DNA of 64,000 nt from positions 157,666,001-157,730,000 of the forward strand of contig NC_043000.1 in NCBI RefSeq assembly GCF_006345805.1. The letters are read 5' to 3'. Both the position numbers and the translations under genes were made by a program. Positions 1 through 14,574 of this stretch are shown piece after piece (within the stretch, counting starts at the first letter, position 1; every line of letters starts with the position of its first letter). This stretch comes from Octopus sinensis (taxonomy: Eukaryota). The notes under the pieces were generated by a model. That model saw only the letters and a program-made list of their open reading frames with translations. It did no database searches and was not told the DNA's origin.

Positions 1-22
1 ATCTATCTATCTACATATGCAT

Positions 23-234
23 TAAAGTAGGCTACTGGAATACCACTTACTGGATATAGGAGTTAACACTCCAAATCCAGACATTTCTCACGCACGGTGA
101 ATGTAACGAATATTATAAAATTAGGCCTTATCTTGTATAAACCACAAAGCAAGTGTTTCTTAATAGTGAGAAATCGGTGAATTTGGAGTGTAAACCCCTA
201 TTTCTAACAAGTGGTATTCCAGTAACCTACTTTA
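23..234. repeat. Imperfect inverted repeat (69-bp arms), fold-back element
   Basis: 23-91 pairs with 166-234 (AAAGTAGGCTACTGGAATACCACTT / AAGTGGTATTCCAGTAACCTACTTT). Confidence 0.85.
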
Positions 235-942
235 TTTATATTATATATAAATACATATATACGTACACACACAGGCACACACACACATACACACACACAT
301 ATATATATATATATATATTAGAAATAATTCAGATTCAGTTAATTGAATAAGGTGCTTAAGATGGGGCACCAATTCAATCCGGTAATATCCGCACAGCTTG
401 AAGTAACAAGGATGTTAAGGTATTAGTGCATTACGGCCGTTTCAGTCGACTCCATTTAATCGAACAATGCCAGATTTACATCAATTTGAAATACACCACA
501 TTCCTCGGATGCAGAAGACCATATAGGTTTTCATCTTACGGGTTTAGCAAATTTCTCATCAGAATTAGAGAATAAAAGATTTACATGTATGTTGCTAGTA
601 TTGTGGTAGAATGACGCTAGGGCGAAAATACCTCCAACTATAATTTGGAGGCAAAAGAGAATAACAATCTGGCTCAAAAGATGTTAAGTATATATCTATC
701 TATCTTTCTATGTATGTATGTATGTATGTATGTATGTATGTATGTATGTATGTATGTATGTATGTATGTATGTATGCATGTATGTATGCATGTATGCATG
801 TATGTATGTATGTATGTATATATATATATGTGTGTGTGGTGTGTGTGTTTATATAGACATATATATATATGTATAATATATATATTTATATAAATAAAAA
901 TATATATGTATGTATGTATGTATGTTGTATATATATATATAT

Positions 943-992
<50 letters not shown>

Positions 993-1603
993 TGCTATAA
1001 GTTAGACATGGCCTGGACCAATCTCTGGTCGAAACATATGTATGAACCCAATGCCGACAGTAGGAGTAAACCACAATCAATAGTTAGGCGTGAGAGAAAT
1101 CAAAAAAACAAATACAAAAGAAAACAAAAATTATTGTAATATATTCTATAAAGAAAAAAATGATAACTGGTGAGTATAACAAAAGCAAGGTGCAAACAAA
1201 TTATTCTCAACAGCAGCATTATTAAAAAGAAGACCATCAATAACGACATCGATGAGATTGTTATTTATTAGGAAAAAGGAGAATCGTAAATATATCTGAA
1301 ATTCTATGAATGAAACGGAGGGAATCAAGTGCAAATCACATCACTAATAAACACACAGAGGCACACGCGTACACACACACATGCGCGCGCATCCCCCACG
1401 CAACACGCACACATATCTGTATGTATTTAATGTGTGTTCAGGTATATTTCTGTAATAGAAAGTATGTTTGTGAATGAGTATATGTTTTGATTTCAATATA
1501 TACATGTATTCATATTCGTATGCCTGGATACCTGGATACCTGAATACCTGGATACCTGAATACCTGTCAGTGTATATTGATGTTTACTTGAACAAAACAG
1601 AAA

Positions 1604-1859
<256 letters not shown>

Positions 1860-1894
1860 CTATATATGTATATATATCTACCTCTCTCTCTCTC

Positions 1895-2058
1895 ACATTT
1901 CTCTGATCCCTTTTGATCGAAAACTTACGCCACTATTTTTGTTTCTTTTGTTTTTTGTTTTTTTTTGTTTTTTTCATCCCACAAAGAAAAGCTCTGCCTT
2001 GTAATTTGTCCCATCTGTGTGCAGCCCTGTGTGGCCAATAAAGGAACTTATCTATCTG
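1895..2058 (+). mobile_element. 3' UTR fragment of the same Tx1-clade LINE family
   Basis: GATCCCTTTTGATCGAAA...AAAAGCTCTGCCTTGTAATTTG...GCAGCCCTGTGTGGCCAATAAAG matches 47943-48058; lies just downstream of (TATC)n 1604-1859 and ends in TATCTATC. Confidence 0.8.
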
Positions 2059-2619
2059 TTTATTCATCTTGTCATGTACCTCTGTAATACATAGAATAAG
2101 TACTGGGCTTACACAAGAATAAGTCCCGGGGTCGAGTTGCTCGATGAAAGGCGATGTTCCAGCATGGCCGCAGTCAAATGACTGAAACAAGTAAAAGAGT
2201 AAAAGAGTAACAGAGTAAATAGCAACTAAAATTTAGGATAATTCACGTCATTAAAATCTGTTCAAATTACTGTAGAGTTTTCGTTGACCTTTAAGGCATC
2301 ACGATCTTGCAAACCTACCATAAAAAATATTCCATCTTTGACCACGCCTACATTTTACAATTATGAGAGACTGGCTGCGCGACAATTTTATTTTTTATTC
2401 GAAGTGGTTGGAAGTAGTTTGCGTGAATTTGGTAGCTGTTCCTGTTGTAATTTAGTAGCAGATCAGCTCCGGTGAAACAGATCTATGAACATAGCTGTTC
2501 CTGCATTGACCACCTCGTTTTCAGCTTTTCATGGTCAACATTGCTCAGCCCCCCCACCTTTATTTAAAAAGACATAAATCGATTTGAGACAGATGTGTGT
2601 AATATTGGTTTCAAATTTT

Positions 2620-2820
2620 GGTACAAGGCCAGCAATTTCAGGAGGGGCTGAATCGATTTTAACTATCTCAGTGCTCACTTGGTACTTATGTTAAAGGCCC
2701 TGAGAGGATAAAAGGCAAAGTCGACCCCGGCGGCGTTTGAGCTCAGGACATAAAGTTGAAAGAAATTCCGCTAAGCATTCTGTGCGACGCAGTAACGAAT
2801 CTGCGAGCTCTGCACCTTAA
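2620..2820 (-). mobile_element. Decayed SINE family B (B2 tail)
   Basis: GGCAAAGTCGACCCCGGCGG..TTTGAGCTCAG core/head and GGTACAAGGCCAGCAATTT tail. Confidence 0.7.
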
Positions 2821-2907
2821 ACATGATTAATATTTCGTGGATGAATAACTAGATAGAGGTTTCGTCGTTTCATCTATCTTTAGTAAATTCTCTAGGTATA
2901 TTTTTGT

Positions 2908-3349
2908 TATTCTTATACTTGTTTCAGTTATTTGACAGCAGCCATGCTGGAGCACCGCCTTTTAGTCGAAGAAATCGAACCCAGGAGTTATTCTTTGTAA
3001 GCCTGGTACTAATTCTATCGGTTCTTTTGCTGAACAGCTAAGTCATGTGAGCGTAAGCACACCGACACTGGTTGTCAAATGATGGGGATTGGATAAATGC
3101 AGATACAAAAACACACTTATAATACATACATACATACATGATACATACATACATGCATATATTCATACATACATGCTTATATATGCACACACGACGGGCT
3201 TCTTTCAGTTCCCGTCTACTAAATCCACTCACAAGGCTTCGGTCGACGTGAGGCTTCAGTAGAAGTTACTTGCTTAAGGTGCCACGCAGTGGGATCGGAC
3301 CCGGAGCCATGTGGTTGAGAAGCAAGCTACTTACCACACAGCCACGCCT
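2908..3349 (-). mobile_element. tRNA-derived SINE family C, full length with internal microsatellite
   Basis: Head GCGTGGCTGTGTGGTAAG...GGTCCGATCCC; tail CCAGCATGGC...CTGAAACAAGTA. Confidence 0.85.
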
Positions 3350-4216
3350 GCGTCTATTTAAACATTTGCTAAACGTTTGTCTTGTGGTTCGTCTTCGTTG
3401 GTAAGGAAGCATCAATAGCACTTCGTGCAAGTTACAAACTTACGTACATACTATTCTCCTGCCTGGCAACGATATGTAGGCCTGTTATCAGCAACACGAA
3501 TGAGTAATGGATTCTTTCTTCATAAGACGCTCTGAACAAATATGAAATGTCAGATCGCAACATAAAGCGCTTCTTCTACGTATCATCTGCATAAAGAAAA
3601 CATACGTTAGAACGTTGTTCTTGAGACATGAGCTTTAATGCGTTAGTCATGTCATCCACATAGAAGCATCTTGATCTTCAAAGTGGCCTTTAACCGGGTT
3701 CTATACGGGAGCACTCGTGCTAATAGAAACCTCTCGCTTTTCACAAAGAAGGATGCATCTGATAATGTAGTCCTAGATAGACTTACAAATAGAATAATCG
3801 TAGTTTAATTGAGATTGACTTGGGATTAAACGGCTAGAACTGCCTGATGGACAGATTTTCAATCCAGCTACTACGACAATAACAAAAAACGATGAGACTA
3901 TAAAATTTAACGAGGGATAATTTTATTCACGTGTTATTTAGCAATTGATCATTTTGATAACCCGATTCATAATGCTTGGTTTTATGAGGCAGAAAACCTT
4001 CTACTTTAAATATTAACATTTAAATGTAAAAAGGGGGAACATTCCACCATTATAAAATTCTATGTAAGAGAATTTTCACTTATAAAGGAACCAGATGAAT
4101 ATTGAAATTTTATCAGAAACATGGTAACGAACGGTTGGTATACATACATACAAACATACATAATACAACATACATACATACATACAGAGACACACACGCA
4201 TATATATATAATATCA

Positions 4217-4251
<35 letters not shown>

Positions 4252-4291
4252 CATATATATACATATATATTACAATATAATATATATTATG

Positions 4292-4337
<46 letters not shown>

Positions 4338-4689
4338 ATACCTATACATATAGATATATGTAGTTATGTTTATATATATGCTTATATATGCGTGTGTACA
4401 CATTCACCACAAATGTATATATATGGGAAATCTGGGATCACCACCAACATTGTTCTGGATTTTTTGCATATCAAAGCGAAGAAAAGTAAGCAAGCTCTGC
4501 AACTTTATATGAAAATTGGTAAAACATGGAAAGAGAGGAAATATTAATATAAAATATTATACACAGCAAAATATATAATAATAATATTATATAAAACAAA
4601 GGAAGAAAGCTTAATATATGGGTTATTGTATTTCATCAGGAAATTGCCAACGTGTTTCATTGTCACTTTCCTTCAGATGAATTACAACG

Positions 4690-4750
<61 letters not shown>

Positions 4751-4751
4751 A

Positions 4752-4786
<35 letters not shown>

Positions 4787-4800
4787 TAATCATAATAATC

Positions 4801-4858
<58 letters not shown>

Positions 4859-4992
4859 TAATCATAATAATCATAATAATAATCATAATAATCATAATAA
4901 TAATAATCATAACAATAATAATAATAATAATGATGATGATGATGATGATAATAATAATAATCGTAATAATCATAATAATAATAATCATAACA
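4690..4992. repeat. (AAT)n microsatellite with GAT/CAT variants
   Basis: Direct reading; similar arrays at 13335-13432, 14488-14590, 45541-45712 and 59180-59332. Confidence 0.95.
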
Positions 4993-5240
4993 ATGAGATC
5001 ACCATGTCGCGCACATATGGTTGTGATGCATGTGCCTGGTGTACCTTTATCAGACGGGTAGTCATGATGGGTATATTGGGCTTCGTATATTTTACCCCAG
5101 TGTCACTTTAATGGCATGCACTGCTCTCTCACTCAATAATAATAATAATAATAATGATGATGATGATGATGATAATAATAATAATAATAATGATTATAAT
5201 AATAATAATAATGATGATGATAATAATAATAATAATAATA
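4993..5240 (+). mobile_element. Probable retroelement (SINE/LINE) 3' tail ending in (AAT)n
   Basis: Unique ~140-bp segment (...CCCCAGTGTCACTTTAATGGCATGCACTGCTCTCTCACTC) running directly into an (AAT)n array; family assignment is from recall only. Confidence 0.5.
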
Positions 5241-5773
5241 ACGGTGGTTCTTGAGAATAACTACGATAAAAATAATTTCCTTTATGTATTTTCTATGAAA
5301 AATTATTTGCTGATTTGTAGATAGAATACTACGTGGTCTGTTTTAGTTAAAAACTCTTTGGCAATGTATTACATTAAAATTGCGTTACGTATAGTATGTC
5401 GTGTATAATTAGTATTTAGTATATTTACTGTTTCATACGTATCAGCTCGCTTTATAATGATCTTTGTTAGCTGTAGAGAGTGTGAGAAGACAAGAGAAAG
5501 AGGCGGGTGCGATTAGGTTACGATTTCCCGTTTGCTGCTCCACCTAGCTTTTCTTCTCTCATTTGGACATTTGACACCTCTCAATCGCAATACCGCCTTT
5601 ACGTATTTACATCTCTTTGTATGACGCTTAAGAAAATCCAAATACCATGTTTTCGGATAAGTAATAAGGATAAAGGAATAACATACGCACACACACACAA
5701 ACAACACCCCGCCACCACCACCAACACACAGACTCAGACACATACACTCTCACAGGCACGAATGTACTCATGT

Positions 5774-6160
5774 GTTTGGAAGCACTCCGTCGGTTACGAC
5801 GATGAGGGTTCCGGTTGATCCGAATGAACGGAACAGCCTGCTCGTGAAATTAACGTGTAAGTGGCTGAGCACTCCACGGACACGTGTACCCTTAACGTAG
5901 TTCTCGGTGATATTCAGCTTGACACAGAGAGTGACAAGGCCGGCCCTTTGAAATACAGGTACAACAGAAACAGGAAGTAAGAGTGAGAGAAAGTTGTGGT
6001 GAAAGAGTACAGCAGGGATCACCACCATCCCCTGCCGGAGCCTCGTGGAGCTTTTAGGTGTTTTCGCTCAATAAACACTCACAACGCCCGGTCTGGGAAT
6101 CGAAACCGCGATCCTATGACCGCGAGTCCGCTGCCCTAACCACTTAGCCATTGCGCCTCC
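5774..6160 (-). mobile_element. tRNA-derived SINE family A, full length
   Basis: Reverse complement is highly similar to 17848-18233 over its full length. Confidence 0.9.
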
Positions 6161-7805
6161 ACACTCACATGTACACACGAAAGCACACATGAACACGCTC
6201 ACACGCTCGCTCACATATTTATAGTGAATGTTGAGAGAGAAATTCTACATTCAGATACTGGCTTATATTGTCATGATAGTAAAGTAATAAACCAAATAAA
6301 AGATATTAGAGAATAATAATATAAATCCTAATGAGAAGCTAATTCTACTTAGAAACTTTGTTAAAAAATTATTGAACCTTTAACTTTTTCATTAACGAGG
6401 AGTCTTTTAAATGCGCCATTCATCATTACAATTGTGCTTTGAAAGCCAGTGGGCTCAAAGTAGAACAGCACTAAAACTCATAATCAAACAAAAACTGATC
6501 AAACAAATAAGAAACGAAATATCAAAATCCTGTATATAGTTTAAATTTCCATTCCAATGTCACAAATGTGTTCTATAATTTATAACCTGCAGAACATTTA
6601 GTTCACCCAGAGCTACTCGCAATTTGAGATTCTCAGTCAACCACATACTCAGTCGATTCTTCAGTGGAATTATGAATTATAATTTTCTTGGTTACAAAGC
6701 AAAAGATTACAGATGGAAGAATGGTTCCTTATTACGGTCAGCCCAACAGATGTCACAGTTAACATTAGCGGGATCTGAACTTGGAAAGGAACAAAGAACG
6801 CAAAGGAAATGTATCCCCTTTCTATCAATTCTACTGTCCTTCATTCAGTGAATTATTTAAACATTGATGTATAATATAGTCATATTAACAGTAATTATAC
6901 GGTTTTGAAGGATGCAATTTCAGACTAAATATACGTCCTGTTATTGGTATTCTATCACATTGAGCCTGTAGGGTCAAAAGGGCAAAATCGACCCAAACGG
7001 GCTTAGAGTGTATTATTATTTATCTGCTAATATAAAAGGAAAGTTCAACCTCAGTGGAATTGAGCTCATAACGTGGTGTAATTATACTACATACCACAAA
7101 CACGTTGTTCAATGCTCCTCCCAGCCATCGCCATAATATTTTATATCAGAAATACATTTCTGGGTTGTTGAGTATTTAAGCATCGATGCTTAGCCCTAGC
7201 TAGCAGACGCGAATAAACAATTGCAGATTTATTTGTTTTCACTGTTATTAAGAATGGCGCCATAAAGTGACGTAATGATTCTGCTTTCTTAGCATCAAGT
7301 TGTTTATTCTTTGTACGGAAGGGTATATAGTCCTGCGATACAAACATTCCAAGAACATAATTGTAAATAATGCAAGAAAAATGAAATCAATAAAAATTAT
7401 AAGCCAATTTAGCTTTTTGAAATCATGGACGTACTATAGTAGACATTGGCATACCTACATTTATCGATACATAAGGACATGTCTACATTCACACACACGC
7501 ACACACACACATGCACACACACACGCACACACACATATACATGCAAAATACTTTTCCTGATCTTTATCCCAGAGTGTCCACAAAGCGTAGTGCACAGTTG
7601 CTCAGTGTAAGAGAGAGAAAGAGTGGCATACAGGGTATATAGACTGTATGTATATATATATATACATATATATATACTAATATATATATATATGTACTCT
7701 GTATATATTCATATATATATGTATGTATATAATATAATATATATAATATATATCTATATATATGTATACATATATGTATATATAAGTATGACGATGTATA
7801 CATAT

Positions 7806-7857
<52 letters not shown>

Positions 7858-7867
7858 TATATGTATA

Positions 7868-7902
<35 letters not shown>

Positions 7903-7904
7903 TA

Positions 7905-7935
<31 letters not shown>

Positions 7936-7936
7936 C

Positions 7937-7968
<32 letters not shown>

Positions 7969-7974
7969 ATATCT

Positions 7975-8126
7975 ACATCAACAATCAAGGAACGGCCATA
8001 ATAGGCCATTCACCACTAGAAATAACAGCCAAAGCTTCAACCGCAAATTAAAAGTCAATTCCGTAAACAGGAGAAAATTCTAGTGGGGTGAATGGCCTAT
8101 TATGGCCGTTCCTTGATTGTTGATGT
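7975..8126. repeat. Near-perfect inverted repeat (47/49-bp arms) next to (TA)n
   Basis: 7975-8021 is the reverse complement of 8078-8126 except for a 2-bp indel. Confidence 0.9.
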
Positions 8127-8259
8127 TGAACTTAAAAATGGTCTATGACTATTTAATTTTTTCCCCACTAGGCCGCTGGTGGCAAAAAAATTCTACAAAA
8201 TTTTTTTTGCCACCCTTATTGATTAATTATAATATATATATACATATATAAAATAAATA

Positions 8260-8319
<60 letters not shown>

Positions 8320-9085
8320 GCATACATATATAATATGAATGTGTGTATATATACAGGCACACACACACATATATATATATATACATAATTAAATAAAGAA
8401 ACACATACTGATCTTGCATGAACTACATCGAACTTGTATTTTATAGATTTCTCCATAGATTCTGCTTCAATTTTCAATTTTCTAACGCTTTTTTCAGAAA
8501 ATAAAAATCAATGCCCAAACCCACTCTTCAATAGCTTGAAGACTGGGGAGCAAGGATGCAGTTATCCATAGATGAGAGGCCTGGCTAGACTGCTTACAAC
8601 AATGCGAACTCCACGAAAAGTAACCATGATAAGAGTTGAATTCTAGTAATCAAGTACAGTTACTATCTCTTCGACGTTGTCTGAAGGACATTCTGGTATG
8701 TCCTACGTAATTTTGTCCACACTCGAGCGTGTTATAGCATAAATCGGTTTCTGAGATACCAAGGTATTTATTATTTTGAAGAGTCGTCCTTGTAGAAAAT
8801 GGATTTCTGATTCGTCTTATTTAGATATGTACTGTGGTTTGATCACTCGCATTTTATAACTGTTGGTTCTGTTGTTATTGTGTACAGTGTAACTTTTGTT
8901 ATAATTTATTTCATAGACCTTGGCTGTCTTTTACATTTTATGATCGTAAGCTTTTGCAGGATTTGGTTCATTCTGTTCTTTTTCATGTTAAGAAAGCGAG
9001 AATCAACAGCAACAACAACGCACACCCATATATAGAAGTATATGTAGGTATTACATGTGTATGTATGTATGTATATATATAGATA

Positions 9086-9152
<67 letters not shown>

Positions 9153-9478
9153 TACATATATAAATGGAGTTAAAACGCAGGTGTTATCATATTTTTTTAC
9201 TTCCGACATATGTTTCAAAGACAACATTGGTATTATTCCAACATATATTTATTTATTTATATATATTATACAAAACATTTCACATCAAAACGGAGTTTCT
9301 ATCTTTACAATCAGGGTGCTACGCCCTTATTACTTCTGTGATATTTTGCTGCCCTGGTAACTGTTTATTTATTTTGCCCGTGTTAATACAAGGGAAAATA
9401 CATCCATCGTTCCATCCATCCATCCATCCATCCATCCATCCATCAATACATACATACATACATACATACATACATACA

Positions 9479-9539
<61 letters not shown>

Positions 9540-9779
9540 CTGTGTTTGTATATAAATAAATAAATGAATATATATATATTCTTTAATTCTTTAAATTTTT
9601 TCAACTTGAAAGCTGCGATCATGCTGGAGCACATCTATGTATGTATGTATGTATGTATGTATGTATGTATGTATGTATGTATGTATGTATGTATGTATGT
9701 ATAGATACACACCTTGTTGATTCTCGCTTTCTTGACGATTGGTTGTGTACGTTGCAATTGTGAGTACAAACACCACATT

Positions 9780-10936
9780 TCTCTTACTTTCATTCTCGCA
9801 CTCTTTTCTTCTTTCTTTCTCTCACTCTTCTCTCTTTCCACACCTCCAGCCTGCTCCTTCTCAAATAATATTTTCTTTCTCTCAAATCAAAACTAACCAA
9901 CCAACTTTCTGTCACTTTGCCTACCTCACCTTTAATATTGTTTATCAAATTCTTTAAAATTGTTGTATCGCGCTCAAACATATATTCATACGAACACGCA
10001 CAAATACACACACACACACACACACACATACGCCACACGAACACATCGCACACGCATAGATATCTATGTACGTACGTAGGAATGTATATCATTAATTCTG
10101 CACATCTCACATCTGTTAAAGGGAAAGTGTTCTCACAGGAGTTAACTGTCGATTAAAACGCTAAAATTTTCCATGCTCCTTTCCTTTTCCTCCCCTTCCT
10201 CTCCCTCCCCTTATTCCTCCCCTTCCTCCTCCTTCTCATCCTCCTCCTGCTCCTCCTCCTGCTCCCCCTTCTCCTCCTGCTCCTCCTCCTGCTCCTGCTC
10301 CTCCTCCTGCTCCCCTTCTCCTCCTCCTCCTGCTCCTGCTCCTCCTCCTGCTCCTGCTCCTGCTCCTCCTCCTCCTCCTGCTCCTCCTCCTGCTCCTCCT
10401 CCTTCTCTTTCTCATACCCATCTCCCTCCTACTCCTTCACCTTCTCTTCCTCCTTGTCTTTTCTCTCCCTCTTCCTCTAGCTTTCACCTCCTCTTCTTCC
10501 TTCTCCTCCTATCCCTCCTACATCCTCACTTCTTTCTTCTCTTTCTCCTCCCCCACCTCCCTACCACCGCCACCATTACCACAACCACCACTACCTCTTC
10601 CACCTTCTCCTCCTCCTTCTCCTTCACCCCCTCCTCCTCTTCCTCCTTTATTATCAAGGTTAAAGAGAAAGAAATGAAGGAACTCTGATACGAAATTCTT
10701 TGTTTATTGTTTGTTTCATTCTTTTTATTTCTTTCTATCTTTTCTTTTGCTCTATTTCGTTTCAAGCTTTTCTTTTCACTTTTCTTTGCTCATTTTACAT
10801 TCTATCTTCTTCCCTTTTTTATTCAGTCTTCCTTCACACCTCTACTCCTCACTATCATTCCATATACCTCCTTAATCTTTCTTTCTTTCTTTATTTCTCA
10901 CTCTCTTTCTTTCTTTCTTTATTTATTTATTTCTCA

Positions 10937-10970
<34 letters not shown>

Positions 10971-10975
10971 CACTC

Positions 10976-11015
<40 letters not shown>

Positions 11016-11995
11016 TCGTTTTTCTTTCTTTCTTTCTCACTCTCTTTCTTTCTTTTACTCTCTTTTACTCTTTCTTTTACATTCTTTTTATCTCTTTCTT
11101 TTACTCTTTACTTTTTTTTTTCTTTCTGATACAAATATTTCTTTTCTGTTTTATTTTGTCCTTTTCCTGCTCCGCAACTTCACTGCATGCAACAACAGCA
11201 ACAGCAACAACAGCAGCAACAGCAACAACAACAGCATTAAAAGCAATAGCAATTGCAGCAACAATGTCAGACATTGGTAACCAGAAGAAAAAAATAAAAA
11301 AAAAAAAAACCAAAACGCCAGCAACAACAATTACAGTAACTTCAACATCAAAGAGAAATTGTGCAAAAAAAAAGCCAGGGCGATAATAACCATGTAACTC
11401 CATCCATCTCTACCTCTCCTCCTCCTTCTCTCTTCTCTTCATTCTCTCCCCCTCCCCTACTACTACTCCTTCTCCGCCTTCTCCTCCTTCTCCTCCTCCT
11501 CCTCCTCCTCCTCTTCTTCTTCTTCTTCCTCCTCCTCCTCTTCTTCTTCTTCCTCCTCCTTCTTCTGCTTCTTTTTTCCCCCTCCTCCTTCCTATCCCCT
11601 CCTACTCCCATTCCCTCCTCTTCTCCATCCCCTCTCCTACTCTTTCCCTTGCTCCTCCTCCTCCACGTCCCATCCCCTCCTTCTCCCATCCTCTATCTCC
11701 CCCTCCTGCCACCATCACCACCACCAACACCACCACCAACACCACCACCAACACCACCACCTTTACTACTACTACACTACTACTACTACTACTACTACTG
11801 CTACTACTACTACAACTACTAGTATTACTACCACCACCACCACCACCACCACTAATAATACTACTACTAATACTGCTACTACTACTACTAATACTGCTAC
11901 TACTACTACTACTACTACTGCTACTACGACTACTACTACTACTACTACGACTACTACTACTACTACGACCACTACTACTGCTGCTACATTTTCCA
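9780..11995. repeat. About 2.2-kb compound low-complexity tract: (CCT/CTC)n, (CTTT)n, (CAA/CAG)n, (CTT)n, (CAC)n, (CTA)n
   Basis: Direct reading; strongly pyrimidine-biased plus strand. Confidence 0.9.
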
Positions 11996-13260
11996 GTACC
12001 TTCATCATCATTACTACTACGATTGTTCATATTATATCCAGGGGCCACAGTACCGACGCCATTGCCGACAACATACCACTCGCAAAAAGATGAAAAACAA
12101 ACCGCCTCTCACCACCCTATTTTGCAACAACCTTGACCAGCGTTACAATTCATTTCCTCTTCTTACCTTCTCATGTACTTAATTATCATAATCATTATTA
12201 TAATTTGGATCCTCATCATTACAAACTTCAACATCTGTTTTACAGAGACTAATATTTCTCATTAATACCATAAATCGCACAACCAACAAACATTCGTAGA
12301 AAAATTCTTCTTTCTTTTTTCTTCCTCATCATCACCAGAAGCTGAAGAAGCAGACAGCGGCAGCAGGCATTAAAACAAACAATGGCAATTATGATGGAAA
12401 TGGCAATGATGATGGAAATGATGTTTATGATGATGTTCATGATGACGATATAATGATGATAATTATGATGATGATGATGACGATGATAGTAATAATAATT
12501 TATTAATTTGCCACAGGAAGTAAAAAATGAGATATTGGGCAGTAAAATAGGATAAGATATAAAATGTGTGCAAAAGTTTATGGAAAAAATGGAATAAATG
12601 CAAAAGCAAGAATTAAAATTATTGATAATAATCACTAATTACAACAACGTATCTATTAATGAAAGACCCCATAAACCTAAATCACCTTCAGAGATGAAAT
12701 ATCTTCCCGACGGGAAACTACTAGTAGAAACGTGATACACAAGACGAATCATCGCAATCTATATCAGAGTATCGGATCGTATTATATTTTAATGAAAGAA
12801 AGACCACTGGTGTAAATGCAAATGAAGTGAGCAGGTTCTTTTTTATTCTTTCAATACACCATAGATTAATAACACCAATAAGATAAACAACGAAACTCAG
12901 GCAATCCACTGAGGCAGTATACATATTAGGAGTAGAATTAGATTCCAAACATTCTCTCCACAGAAAGAATGAGTGCAGTTGCGACAATCTACAACGAACT
13001 CAAAATAAACAGATAAAAATATTACAATATTATAATGATAATTATTCAATTAATAATGTAATATTAACAACCCCGTGAAAATAGAGGACTTTACGAAGTA
13101 GGATATACATAAGGGCCCCCAAACAAACGTGTATATATAATATGTATATATATAAATATTTATATATATATATATATATTATATATATATATATATGATA
13201 TATATATAAGATATATATATTATATATATAGATATATATATATATATAGTATAATATATA

Positions 13261-13385
13261 TATATGTATATATGTTTGTGTGCGTGATGTGTGCAGTGTG
13301 AGCCAAAAGTCACGCACCACAACATTACGGGTTTATTATTATGATTATTATTATTATTATATTATTATTACTATTATTATTATTA

Positions 13386-13419
<34 letters not shown>

Positions 13420-14497
13420 GTTATTATTATATTCACCTCGGCCATCATATATAAATACGTGTTTATCATGATTACTTTATTTTATTCAATTTTGGAAAAA
13501 TTGAAGCATGTCTTTGACAAATCCGGAGCCTAGTGAATTTATTTCGTGCAAGATTTTCGGTCCACCCTCTATATATTTATTCCACACACAGATGCATACA
13601 TCTAAATATGTATATAATATATTACTACATAAATTGAGATATATCTTAATGGCAAAGTTTTTCTTCCGTAATCAGCGTTGATAATCAAGAAATTTACAAT
13701 TGAAACAGAGAGCAATCTTGTCATTACAATTAATAGATTATTCTATACACACATGTTGAACACTATTTCCTTGTCTGCACATACATACTCACTTACATAA
13801 ATACGACATACATAACCACACACGCATAAAAAAACATACATACACACACATGTGTACTATATCCTTGTTCTTTGGAATCAACACCTATTTTACTTCCAGA
13901 AATTTACACATCTTAAAGCACCAGTATATCTTAAATATGTTTATTATGATCTAATTAACACCTATAGGAAGTTGGAACAAACATTATCAATGATTATGTG
14001 AATGCATTGGCTCATAAACACAATATATAGATATGCGTGGCACACCACACACACACATATAAATAAATACAGTAGGCAGCGTACGCATTCAACAACGTCC
14101 GATAAACATATACGCTCATACATAGATATTATTGGAATTATATACACACAATATCGGGCATTAAATGTCACATATGATTCAATTAGTTATATTGTTTCGC
14201 GCATTTTTTCAATAGATATGTACTGATAACGATCACATTGCATTCACAAACATAAAAACGCCTTCCACATACAATGACTCTTATTGATACATCACACCCA
14301 GGACTGTACCCCATATATATATATGCAGACATACACACATACATATATATATATATTATATCTATATAAATACACACACACACACATATATTATATATAT
14401 TACATGTATGTATATATATATATATGTATATATGTTTGTGTGCGTGTGGCGTGTGAGCCAAAAGTCACGCAAAAACATTACGGTTTTATTATTATGA

Positions 14498-14528
<31 letters not shown>

Positions 14529-14531
14529 TTA

Positions 14532-14574
<43 letters not shown>

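Noticed and set aside
1522-1566. (CCTGGATA)n 8-mer repeat as a CRISPR-like or regulatory array
   Set aside because: Simple head-to-tail tandem repeat with no spacers, in a eukaryotic context.
4625-4665. Possible type II hammerhead on the minus strand (GAAAC...CUGAUGA)
   Set aside because: Stems I and II do not pair.
4626-5111. 161-aa Asn-rich ORF with a unique C-terminus
   Set aside because: An (AAT)n array fused to a retroelement tail.
6707-6779. Minus-strand Cys-containing terminal exon candidate SDPANVNCDICWADRNKEPFFHL
   Set aside because: Good acceptor but only 23 codons and no supporting exon; expected by chance. The same applies to candidates at 8498(+), 22726(+), 28375(+), 34375(-) and 39391(+).
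10173-11822. Pro/Ser/Arg-rich ORFs (extensin- or protamine-like)
   Set aside because: Products of (CCT)n/(CTT)n low-complexity DNA.
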